DNA of 62,948 nt, counting the filler, from Reticulomyxa filosa (lineage: Eukaryota; Protista; Foraminifera): assembly GCA_000512085.1 (NCBI GenBank). It is 21 parts of 21 records of this genome, joined end to end, with 100 filler letters (N's around TTAATTAATTAA, not from the genome) between each part and the next. Parts side by side here need not be neighbours in the genome. Positions count along the whole stretch, not along the records: positions 1 to 1,052 come from ASPP01027340.1; positions 1,153 to 2,693 come from ASPP01007110.1; positions 2,794 to 4,385 come from ASPP01044891.1; positions 4,486 to 12,967 come from ASPP01034780.1; 17 more parts are not named here. One strand, written 5' to 3'. A program made the position numbers and the translations under genes. Below the pieces are notes generated by a model that saw nothing but the letters and a program-made list of their open reading frames with translations, searched no databases and was not told the origin of the DNA. This document shows, piece by piece, positions 1 through 10,829 of the stretch. Within the stretch, counting starts at the first letter, position 1, and every line of letters starts with the position of its first letter.

Positions 1-1052
1 CATTTTTATCAATGTTTTTCTTTTATCCACTTTCACATATGCCGTTGTGAAAAAATCTGTTACAAATATAGTTTTGGTTTTTATTTTGTCTCTCTTGAAA
101 AGGAAATCTTTTTACTGTTTCAAATTTTATCACAAATTGTCCAATCTTGCATCAACTGTCGAAAATGCTTATGAATATTTAATTTGAATATCTCTGTTAT
201 TTTTTCAAATTAAGCAAAACAATAATTTAAACGTGACAGAGAAGCAATTGCAAGTTGGTGAAAATGAATTATACATTACCAATAATTGATAATAGTTTAC
301 ACTTGCGTTATGTATCAATTATAATCAACATCTTTTTGTTTATTAAACATTGTAAATAATGTTTTTTGTAAATAAATTTATTCAAGTGATGTAAAAGCAA
401 CCATTTATATCTCCAAATTGGTTTCTTGTTCAATGCTTCCTGTTTAAAATCAGTTGTAATAATCAAGAAACTGAAATTATTCTAAACAGTCAATGTCTTT
501 TCGCAAAAAACATAATATAAAAATTGATTAAAATTACTCTCGACAGAGTGCATATTTTCTTTAGACAAGGGACGCAAAATTTTTGAAAGTTAATTTGATG
601 TTGTGCGGCAATTCATATTTGCTTATTATATGATTGTGGGATCAAGAAAAACCGCTTCGTTTTGTCATTGTGATGTTTTCCAATTTTTCATGTTTGCAGT
701 TGTATTGAAAACAGCAGAAAAAGAAAGAAATGCATTGAATGTTCTATTTGGAGTAATACACTTATTTATATGATAAATATTTTCAACAATCATTTCATAC
801 CAATGAAATTATATTTTCTTTTTGTTTAGATCAACTGATAGTAATTGAACGCGTTATGAATAATGGATAAAACAATTGAAATAAAGAGTAACGATATTTG
901 AAAGACTCTAGATCTATGACCATCCAAAATTACATCCAATGGAATATACAAAGAGATTCTGGACAAATGAAATAACAGACGAAATGACAAAACGTAATTG
1001 GAGAAAGAAACATATTAAATTCAAATATTGTTTAATTTAATGGCAGAACATT

Positions 1053-1152
1053 NNNNNNNNNNNNNNNNNNNNNNNNNNNNNNNNNNNNNNNNNNNNTTAA
1101 TTAATTAANNNNNNNNNNNNNNNNNNNNNNNNNNNNNNNNNNNNNNNNNNNN
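1053..1152. other. Artificial contig-joining spacer (N44-TTAATTAATTAA-N44), first of 20
   Basis: Identical 100-nt spacers, with stops in all six frames, start at 1053, 2694, 4386, 12968, 14880, 17571, 20197, 21993, 26582, 28928, 30449, 32565, 34419, 36741, 40815, 42798, 44112, 49986, 57922 and 61377. Confidence 0.98.
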
Positions 1153-1186
<34 letters not shown>

Positions 1187-1188
1187 GA

Positions 1189-2626
1189 GAGACTCCAGCA
1201 AGGCCAGTGGAATGTGGTTTCGACAAAATCAACAACGCATCCATCTGTTAAAAAAGCTGTTCACACTGAACGAACGTGAGGAGGACGAAACGATAGGATA
1301 CGACCAGTTCATAGGAATGTTGAAAAAGTACGGCGTGGACATTGACTCGAAAGCGTTGGACACGAAACGTGTGGAGCAGTTTTTCCGGAAGATGACGATG
1401 AATTGCAGCATTCCAGGTAGCGACAACGAGAAGAACAAGACAGCAGAAGAAGATACCCCTACTCCGGGCGTAGGCGTATCCTCGCCAGGATGGAGTGGAG
1501 TGGATGCATCCATGACAACAATGATGACAGCGACAGCGACAACGACACCTATGACTGCATTGGAGACGCAGCAGAACATGAGCGATTTAATGAAGCATAA
1601 GCAATCGCGATTGATTTTGCCGGCGTTGCTCCCGACGGAATACTCACTCGGCTCAGGTCGCAAGTCATCCACCAGCGCCAATAACAACACCAAGCCCAGA
1701 GGACAATTGGACTTCCGCACGTTTCTATATTACTTTGGAGGTCCCGTGGAGGACGAACACATTGACTCCACGTTGAAGTTGTTCAGTCCGACAGGAACGC
1801 AAGCAGCTGCTGTCCAAGCCATTGCCAGCAAGAAAAATTCGCTTAGTAATAAAATCCGTTCGAGCTTTGACTTTTCCGTTCCCACCGGTTCCAATGGCAA
1901 TGGCAATGGCAATGGCAATGGCAATGGCAATGAACATGGAACTGATACCAATGACGGAGGTGGAGGGACCGGCCCCGTGTCAACTCGGACAGCCGCGCTC
2001 AGCTTCCTCAAAAAAAGAATGTCATTGCCCGGAGACCGCTTTGCCTCGCTTGTGGCGGTGGAACAGAACTCTGCGCGCTCCGGCACACAGACTGCAGAAA
2101 AGCACAACGATGTCGACGCCGACGCGTCGCAACAGATGTGGCAGCGATCGTCTACAGAACGCCGCAGTAGCGGCTGTTGTCATCATTGCGAAACAAAGTG
2201 GCTGTGAAGGAAACCATTGACGATATGGGCATCTTGTTGAAAAAGACAACCTCCAATCCTAATCCCAGTGTCAATGTCAATGTCAATGTCAATGTCAATG
2301 TCAATGCCAATGCCGATGCCAATGCTAATTGGAAGGGAAGGAATTCGAGCAATAGCAATCCTATGCCTACAAACAATAAAGGAAAAGGAGCCGAAACAGA
2401 GACAGAAGAAGATGAAGAAGAACATCACTTGTTGCAGTTACAAAGTTTGTCAAAAACCACGCTGCAGACGTATCCTAGCGAAGACGGCACGTTGAAGACC
2501 ACCGACAGCGTTCGAAGCGAGCCACAGATCAAGATCATACCATTGATTACTAATGCGATGTCACTGCCTATCGCAGCCATCTCCGATCAAGAACAAGATC
2601 ACAAAGACGAACACAAAGAAGCCAAC

Positions 2627-2683
<57 letters not shown>

Positions 2684-2693
2684 GATAGAAAAT
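1189..2693 (+). CDS. Partial low-complexity protein with two degenerate EF-hand-like helices; probable 1-nt frameshift near 2170
   Basis: ORF 1212-2207 has IGYDQFIGMLKKYG and GQLDFRTFLYYF; reading continues in another frame (RLLSSLRNKVAVKE...) to the contig end; NG, NV and poly-N microsatellite tracts. Confidence 0.45.
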
Positions 2694-3078
2694 NNNNNNN
2701 NNNNNNNNNNNNNNNNNNNNNNNNNNNNNNNNNNNNNTTAATTAATTAANNNNNNNNNNNNNNNNNNNNNNNNNNNNNNNNNNNNNNNNNNNNTTTATTT
2801 TTCATGGAGAAAACCAATTCTCTTCATATAGTGCCATTTAGGTATTGCAGTTTTTTTTGCAATCTACTGTATATTTGATACGTGTTAATTATTTTGAATT
2901 TTTGAAAACTAATTAAAGAATGGAAAGTTTGAAATGCTCTAAGTGTATTTATATATTCAACTTAAGTCAATTTGATGAATATTATTGCGTATTTAGTAAA
3001 TCTCAATATAAATATTCAAAAAGTTTGATATTCAATTTCTTTATCTTTCAAACAAAATTTTATTGATTTATGATTTTA

Positions 3079-4385
3079 TAACCCCTAAATCGAATTGTGA
3101 AATCTTTGGAACATGATACAATTGTATTACCATTTTGAGAAATATATATATCTCACAGAATGAGAATGTCCTTCCAATATTTGTACTTCTCTTCCCAATT
3201 TTACGTTCCACAGTCGAATTGTATTATCATTTGAACATGATGCAATTGTTTGATTGTCTGGAAGAAATGTTACATCGTTTATATGGTTTAAATGTCCTTT
3301 CAACATTTTACATTCTACTTCTGTTTTAATGTCCCATATTCGAATTGTATTATCCATTGAGCAGGATACAATAAATTTACTATCCGAGAAAATTTTGCAC
3401 GAGTTACACGATCAGAATGACCTTTGAACGTTTTCACCTTTCACCAGATTCTAAGCTCCACAGATTAATTGTTTTATCATTTAATGATGATACAATAATT
3501 GTACCATCTGTTGAAAATTGCGTGTTCAATACAGCTTTTGAATGTCCTAATAATTGTTTCATTTCTATTCTAGAACGTACATCCCATAATTGTATTGTAT
3601 TATCTTGCGAGCCTGATACAATATATTTTCCATCTGGAGAAAAGTTTACATCCAATATCTCATTGGAATTCTTTTTAAATTTCATTATTTCAGTCACCGT
3701 GTCGATATCCCATAATCGAATTGTTCCATCTGCTGAACATGAAGCAACAGCTTTTTCATCTGGTGAAAATCTTGCAGCAAAGATTCGATCAGTATGTCCT
3801 ATGAAAATTTTAAGTTTTTTCCCGATTCAACGTCCCATATTCGAATGGTATGATCATATGGCCGAAACAATCTTGCGACCATCTGCAGAAAATTTCCACT
3901 GCACACTGTGTTTTCATTTTCTTGTAAAACCATTAGCAACTGAAAACCTCTTACCTATTTGAAAATATGGACCAGATAATTAACAGTCATTTGTATGAAA
4001 AAAAAGATTGCTTAGCACACTTGATAATAATTTTGTTAAAATCATCTATCCATCCTAATTTTATTTTTAAAATTCGAACCCAGTATTGAATAACAAGCTT
4101 AATTTCGTTTTTTAACTGTGATAGTTTGTTAATTAATGTATAAAACAAAAGTGTATTTGTATTTATTACAAAAAATATGTAGATCTAAAGTATTAAAAGG
4201 GAATGTTACCAATTGACGAGAATCTATCCATTCACGTACTTTTATTTTCATGTGAGTAGATACAGCATCTTTACCATTACTCCCTCCAATGATATGTATG
4301 TGAGTGTTATCTTCGTTCAATATCCCAAAACAATTTTGCAATGAAATAGGCAAAATATGCTTAAATGTACTCCATGTTTTTTTTT
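3079..4385 (-). pseudogene. Kelch-WD40 family gene, disrupted (5' part missing)
   Basis: Kelch end (HIHIIGGSNG), conserved linker exon (IKLVIQYWVRILKIKLGWIDDFNKII), then WD40 repeats (GH..FSPDG..IVSGSQDNTIQLWD) split over several frames with premature stops. Confidence 0.75.
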
Positions 4386-4515
4386 NNNNNNNNNNNNNNN
4401 NNNNNNNNNNNNNNNNNNNNNNNNNNNNNTTAATTAATTAANNNNNNNNNNNNNNNNNNNNNNNNNNNNNNNNNNNNNNNNNNNNTCAAAAAGGAAAAAT
4501 TAAGGAGAAACATAC

Positions 4516-4722
4516 CTGTAACCAACAAATGCCACTCGAATTTTGACAAAAGGGTACTCAAGCAATAGTTTGGTCATAATGTCTTGGATGTCGGTCTTGA
4601 ATTGGTTTATCCACCTGGACATTGAGCCTTCACAAACAAACAGGTTCCTGAAGATAAATAACTTTCACTCGTTTCTCTTTCTTACCTGTGCAATCCATAA
4701 CAAAGCACAAATCAGCATTCAT
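4516..4722 (-). CDS. von Willebrand factor A (vWA) domain protein, N-terminal exons; VwkA-like MIDAS
   Basis: Not in ORF track. Exons 4722-4686 and 4627-4516, joined by a GT-AG intron, give MNADLCFVMDCTGSMSRWINQFKTDIQDIMTKLLLEYPFVKIRVAFVGYR with a DxTxS MIDAS motif; truncated by contig end. Confidence 0.85.
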
Positions 4723-5040
4723 TTCTGCTTTTCAATCTTTTTATAATTCGGCTGATACACGAAGTAGTTACAAAAAAAGTAAAACGGGGAAAACAAACAA
4801 CAGCAACATTTTGAATGCTTAGTAATAGTAAAACAAAGATAATTTGGATGTTGCTGATCTTTATTAATGTTTATTTTGTTCAAAGAAAATATCCATCACA
4901 ATTTGTTTCAAAATTATTTCACGTGAATAAAGAAGATTACATGTACATTTATAAACTCAAAAATTAAAAGTTTTACTAATTTGACTTTCCAAGTATAAAA
5001 GCCTTTCTTTGTTGCCTTAGACAGCTCATTTGTCAACATC

Positions 5041-7323
5041 ATGTCTAATGAATGGCTTGATAAAGTGATTGGGATAGATTTGGGCTTCTTTGGCTCTGCT
5101 GCTGCAGCATGTGAGCATACAATGCCCGGAGTTGTTCCCAGAGTAGATTTAATTCAACACACCGGAGGTTGTGAGGAAATGGCTCAGTACGCCAAGAGTA
5201 AAAATTTATCGGCTCTACTTTTGGAGCGCGAAACAAAGTCAGTCGTGTGTTGGGGTTATAAGGCAGAGAGCAAATATTTCCAAACAAAAGTTTCGTTTAA
5301 CAAACTATATAAACATAAAAATAAAAGAGTGGCTCTACTTTTTGTCGACACATTTCAACTATATATATAGCCAAAAGAGCGTAGCAAGTTTGCGTATTTT
5401 GCAAATTTTAAACCGGACGTATTGACCAAAGACGCTAAACTTCGATCGATGAAGATAAGGGATAGCAGTGGAACACATGAAATGCCAGTGATGGAATTGT
5501 TTGTGATGCTGCTGAATGCCATCAAAGAAACAGCATTAACACAAGTGGAAATGACTCGAAAATATATGTTTGGAGAGGCATATCGACCTCTTGATCCAAA
5601 GAAAATATTGTATGTGTTGACTGTCCCTGCGCTTTGGGATGATGAGGTTAATATTTTTTATAGAAAAAAAGTGTGTCTCTCCATTTTCTTCAGTGTTTCA
5701 TAAAACAAAACAAATAAAAATCCAACAATTAGAATACAGAAACAATGAGAGAATGTGGACAAAAGTGTGGAATGCATAATATTGAAATATGTTTTGAGCC
5801 CATTGCAGCAGCATTTGCCGTGGTCAGTCACAGTCATAGCAAAGAGAGAGATGATACAAAAAGACTTCAATTCTTTGAAGAGTTGAGTTACTTTTTGCTT
5901 ATTTTTTTTTATGGCTCCAAAATAAATAAAATAAATAAATGAATGAAAATAGTGATCAAGTGGTATTATTGGATATGGGTGGAGGTACAATTGATGCTGC
6001 TTGTTTAAAGTTTTTGGAAGATGGAATAATGTCTGAAACTCATCGTCGAGATGGATTGAAAATTGGAGGTATAGCAGTAGATCAAGAATTTGAGGCTTTG
6101 CTTTCAGACATTTTTGGAGATAGTGTCATTCATGATTTTCAAGAAAAGTTTCGATTAAACAAAAATTGTACTTTTTTTATTTTATTTAAACATCAAAAAT
6201 AAATAAAACAAAGTGATCCGCAAGCATGGCTCCAACAAAGAAATGAATTTTGGCGTGCAAAGAACACGCTCCGTGACAAGAGGTCGTGGAATGTGAGAGT
6301 GGTGACGAAATTCAAAAGTCACTTAAAGTCGACCATTGGAAGCATTGATGCGGTTGAAGAAAAATTTCGAACATATTCCAAGATTAATGATAAACCAAAG
6401 TCAGGAGAAAAAAACAAATATTATACACACTCCAGCTTTTTTTGTTGTTGTGTTTTTTTTAATTAGTCAACTAAAACTGGATGGAAGTACATTGGAGTTG
6501 TCTTATGAAACGTGGTTATTTCTGCATAAACGAGTATTAGACAGCATTTGTGATTTTGTCTCAAAACTCTTGGATCATGAGCGAGTGAATCCAAGAGTAT
6601 TGATAGTAACTGGAGGTTTTTCGAATTGTCCTTACATTGTTCCAAGATTAGAAAAACTTCTCCGTGAAAGAGAAAAACCAATCAAAATTTATCAACCATC
6701 CATTCCTCATGAAACTGTTGTGTGTGGCTCTGTTCTCTGGGCCATCCACTATAAACATTTATCGACATTCAGAGCAGTTTCAACATTGGGATGGTGTGTC
6801 GACAAGATATGGTATCCTGGAGATCCTGATGATGATCATAAAGTTAGTACTTCTGAGTCACCAACCGGATATATTCGTAAAAGATTGTTTAACACAATTA
6901 TTCGACGAGATGATAAGTTTGAAAATGGAGTAGTTGAGTGAAATATTATTGAACAATTGTTGAATACCTTGTAAACTAAACTAAAAAAACAAATAAATCA
7001 ATTAATAGGAGCACAGAGAGGAATATATCATTCCACGGTATCAAAAGTCAGTAGAATTTGCATTATATAAATCTGAACATAAATATGGAGTACAATATTG
7101 TGACGACAAAAGCAAATGCCAATTACTCAAAAAATTTGAAATGTATTTTGAGAACCCCTTTTCTGAACAAGTCACTTTCGAAATCGCGATCATTTTGAAA
7201 AATGATCGAGTTCAATTGTCGTATAGACATCCCGATACAGATCACCGTGGGTTTGTTCAAGTTAGATTTGAAGACGGAAATGTGGAGGACGTTGTCAAAA
7301 TCGGTACTGAGTTTGAGAAATGA
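5041..7323 (+). CDS. Atypical Hsp70, HSPA12-like, 7 exons
   Basis: Splices in frame through six GT-AG introns. Motifs: VIGIDLG, FANFK, YVLTVPALWDD, FEPIAAA, LLDMGGGTID, VTGGFSNCPY, and an HSPA12-type C-terminus (FNTIIRRDD..EFALYKSE); no canonical substrate-binding lid or EEVD. Confidence 0.85.
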
Positions 7324-7664
7324 AAACAAAGTGTTTGAAATGAAAAGCGACGAAAAAAAACATCTTGCTTGACAAAAGATTATCAATGACATTTTTGACT
7401 TTTGTAAACGATCAATTCTTTCATAAGAAAATCAAAAGCTGAATATAAAAATATGTTAGTGTTTTTAATTGATAGTGTACGATCAAGAAAAAAAGATCAC
7501 ATTGAAGAAATATTGCAAACAGTATAAGAGAATTTCATAATATAAAAAAATCAACTTCACATATTCTCCAGGAATTAAAATTCTCATTTTACAAAAAAAT
7601 AGTTTCAGAAATGATTTAAATTAATTTGTTAGAGAAATATAACAACGTAGTTGTAGGTTTGATA

Positions 7665-8712
7665 TTACTTTTGCAAAATATTATTTTCGTTTAATACAAT
7701 AACATCGAAGCTCGTGTAACAGGCAGTAATAGGGATATGTAACAACTCATTAGTGTCGCGTCGGAATAAAGATGGCCAAATGAAATAGCCGATACTGTTA
7801 CAACCATTGTCGTTCCCTAAAAATTTTTTTGCAATTTTAATATTTTTAGATTGAATTTCACGATTTAATTGAAGATTTGAAGCAAATGTCAACGGATAAG
7901 GTCTTAAAGAAGGTCTTGATAACACACAGCTCCACATGCTTTGTAAACATGATTCAATCAATTCATTTTTTTTACTATTCATTTTACTATAAGTTGAACC
8001 AAATAAATGTCCAAAATGTTGATTTTCTTTAATAAGCAGTTCTCTCAGATTCGAATTAATGAATTGTTCTCCTTTTTGATGTAATTGTGTGAATGAAGAA
8101 TTGAATTGTTCTTGAAAAATGGTTTGAAAATATCTTTGTGCAGTTTCTTTATTTATTCCAAATAGTGTTTGCAAATATTGTAATTGATCTTCCCAATACT
8201 GATTTACAAATTGATAAGATAATAACAATATTGAGAATGATATACAATGCGCAAATCTTGCCAAAAATGACATTGCATACTTTTTTTGGATCTTTTCATT
8301 ATCTTCTAATTGCATAATGATTTCACTTGTCAAATTTAATCGATAATTGTCACTTATTTCTTCATAAGTTGTCACAATCTTATTCATTGATGGAAATTCA
8401 CTTTCAATTCCGATTCCGACTGTCAAAACGCAAATTCTTTCTCTCAGTTCTTTCATTTCACTGAACAATTGTGCATTTGTTCAATTATTTGTGTCCACAC
8501 AGCAATATAGTTTTTTTTATTCAATAATTTATGTGGTAAATGTATAAAAATTTTCGAACATTTGGCTAATGCTAACAAAGTTAAAGTCAGAGGCGGTTAT
8601 AACTAGTAAACTGTTTAAGTGAATTGCAGACTTCAATTTCCTCAAACATGGCTGACTTTTCAGCATTTAATGAATCGATTTTGTCTTTTTGGTCTTTAGT
8701 TTCTTGTGCAAA
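7665..8712 (-). CDS. Coiled-coil protein with MIEAP/SPATA18-like C-terminal domain; 5' end missing
   Basis: LRERICVLTVG..SMNKIVTTYEEISDNYRL, LIESCLQSMWSCVLSRPSL and IGYFIWPSL resemble MIEAP domain motifs (helix-W-x-P; YxVWPAL); a short coiled-coil exon lies upstream (QETKDQKDKIDSLNAEK). Confidence 0.65.
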
Positions 8713-10065
8713 TTTTTGGAAAAAAATGAAAAACAAAAGAAGTGCCTGGACATTTCGAATAAACAATTCAATCAGATTAGAGATTTGAACGCAGAAAATG
8801 GAAAACAAATGAACAGGTTGAGAGATGAAAACTATAAACAAACAAAACAAATAGATGGAATGAAGGAAGAACATAAAAAACAAAAGAAACAAGTGGACAG
8901 TTTGAAAGATGAAAACAATCAGCAAGTGGAACAAATCAAAAATTTGAAGAAAGAGAACGAGAAACATATAAATGAAAGTAATGTTTTGAGAGAAGAGATT
9001 GAACAATATTTGAATCAAATTGACAATTTCAAAGATGAAAACAAGAAACAAGTAAAACAAATGGATGAAATGGAGGAATTACATAAAATACAAAAGAAAG
9101 AATTGGATGAAATGGAGGAATTACATAAAATACAAAAGAAACAATTGGATCAAATCAAGTCAGAAGTTACAGCACAAAATTTGTCAGTGAAAGAGCTAAA
9201 CAAACTTTTATCAGATCCAAAAGTTGAGTACGGCTACTTTTTACAAACAGAAACTTCCATTATTCAAATAATTAACAAAAAATGAAATAGATTCGGTGGA
9301 TGAAAAACGACAAATTGGGTATAATAGAACCGGCTCTTGTTATTGCAAATCTCAATGATGCACAAGCTTTCCAAACACCCCAAAGATGTTTTCATGTTTT
9401 GAATTCTGATTTGTCTAACCAACTTGTGGATGTTGAGGTAATTTATCTTTATATTTTTGTATCTTTTTTGAAAAGCATCTACTCCATTTGCTATTCAAAT
9501 ATTTAGATAAATAGCTCTCCCAAAGTGTTGAAAGAGATGATCCAATCTTTGATGTCGTATTGTGCCAAATCTATGTCCTCTCAAAGTGTTTAGCTTCTTT
9601 TGTCCCTTAAAAAAAAATGACTATTTTGTTAAAATTGATATCCAAAAAAAAAGTTGTTAATTGGGGCTTTGGTATCTTACGAAATTGAAGAAATTGGATG
9701 GCTTTCAGCATCAAAATATACAAGATATGCCCGTGTGGAGAAATGTTTCGTAAATGGAGAAAACCTTCTGGTAGAACTAAGCAACGGTTATAAGGGCACA
9801 TGGACTGCTTTCAGAGTTTTGTTTGTACTTTTTTGATTTTTTGTTTTAATATAAAATACAAGCAATAAACTTGGTAGGTAGTACCAGAACATTTGGCCAC
9901 TCTAATTCCTCAAGTTATTCAACAATATTCTGTGGAGGGTTCTTTTTCACACTTGGTTAATATTATATTGTTGTTTGGGCACAAATAATATAAAATAAAT
10001 GAAATTGTCCAGTGAAATACAAAATCTGAGAGAAAGAATTCGTGTTTTGACAGCCGGAGTAGGAG
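8713..10065 (+). pseudogene. Truncated paralog: coiled coil, unnamed four-exon domain, start of MIEAP-like domain
   Basis: Heptad-rich exon 8713-9222, exons at about 9291-9938, and a last exon LSSEIQNLRERIRVLTAGVG homologous at DNA level to 8400-8500 on the minus strand; no clear start, stops abruptly. Confidence 0.6.
9061..9144 (+). repeat. 42-bp in-frame tandem duplication (two heptads)
   Basis: TGGATGAAATGGAGGAATTACATAAAATACAAAAGAAA occurs twice with 42-nt period, encoding DEMEELHKIQKK twice. Confidence 0.9.
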
Positions 10066-10829
10066 GGATCAGAAATCGAACCAAAATTAATGTATTTAAC
10101 AGAAATTTTTTTTCCAAAGGAAATGATGCCAAACAATGGTTCAGACAACCCGACAATCAAAAGGAAATATTTTTTATGTTTGGTCTGGTGTTGATGCTTT
10201 TTGGTAACAATTAGGCATTTGTCTGGCCTGTTACGTATTGCTACAATTAAAATTTTTTAAAAACATATAAAACTTCTTGAATATCACAACTGAATTTCAC
10301 TCCTGCTTCTGTTGAATTTAAACAGTTTATCTTTATTCATTAACACTTCAAATCAATTTTATTTTAAGCCATTTGAAAAGAGTAATTAATGATACAAATC
10401 AAATATTCGTTCTTTTTTGCTGGCTTTAAAATTCTGATATTGTTGATGTATATGTATTGTATTGATTGAAATGATTTTTCAAGGCTTTCCACATCTATAA
10501 CGTTGAATATATTTCAAAGTCAATCAGTTTCACATTGATCAACACTAGGCCAGCAACGCACTCTATTTTTTATTTCATGTAACGATAGCGCTTCTTAATA
10601 TTTCGTTTATGTGTTATTTCAACACTTGTTTCAACGTATATAAAAAATGACGAAAAGTTTATTTTGTTCTTTCAAGTTCTAGTGAATGTCTTAGTGCTGC
10701 CCTTTTTGCACACTAACTTGTGAAAAAGAGGAGTTTAGAGCTAAAAGAAAGAAAGATCAACCAATATGAGGTATCCCTTGTTTCTTACTATATAATATGC
10801 AGTACTTTTTTTTGTTATTTGATTTGTTG

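Noticed and set aside
1-1052. Coding or RNA gene in the first contig
   Set aside because: AT-rich, no ORF or structure recognised. I also saw no tRNA, rRNA or CRISPR signature anywhere in the window.
1893-2690. ORFs with MAMAMA, IAIAIA, MSMSMS or poly-I tracts
   Set aside because: Alternate-frame readings of GGCAAT, GTCAAT and AAT microsatellites inside the real gene.
3417-3962. Plus-strand 181-aa ORF
   Set aside because: Antisense shadow of WD40 repeats.
8587-9060. Hydrophobic minus-strand ORF as a membrane protein
   Set aside because: Mostly the antisense shadow of a K/E/Q/N-rich coiled coil; only the part below about 8712 appears to be real coding sequence.
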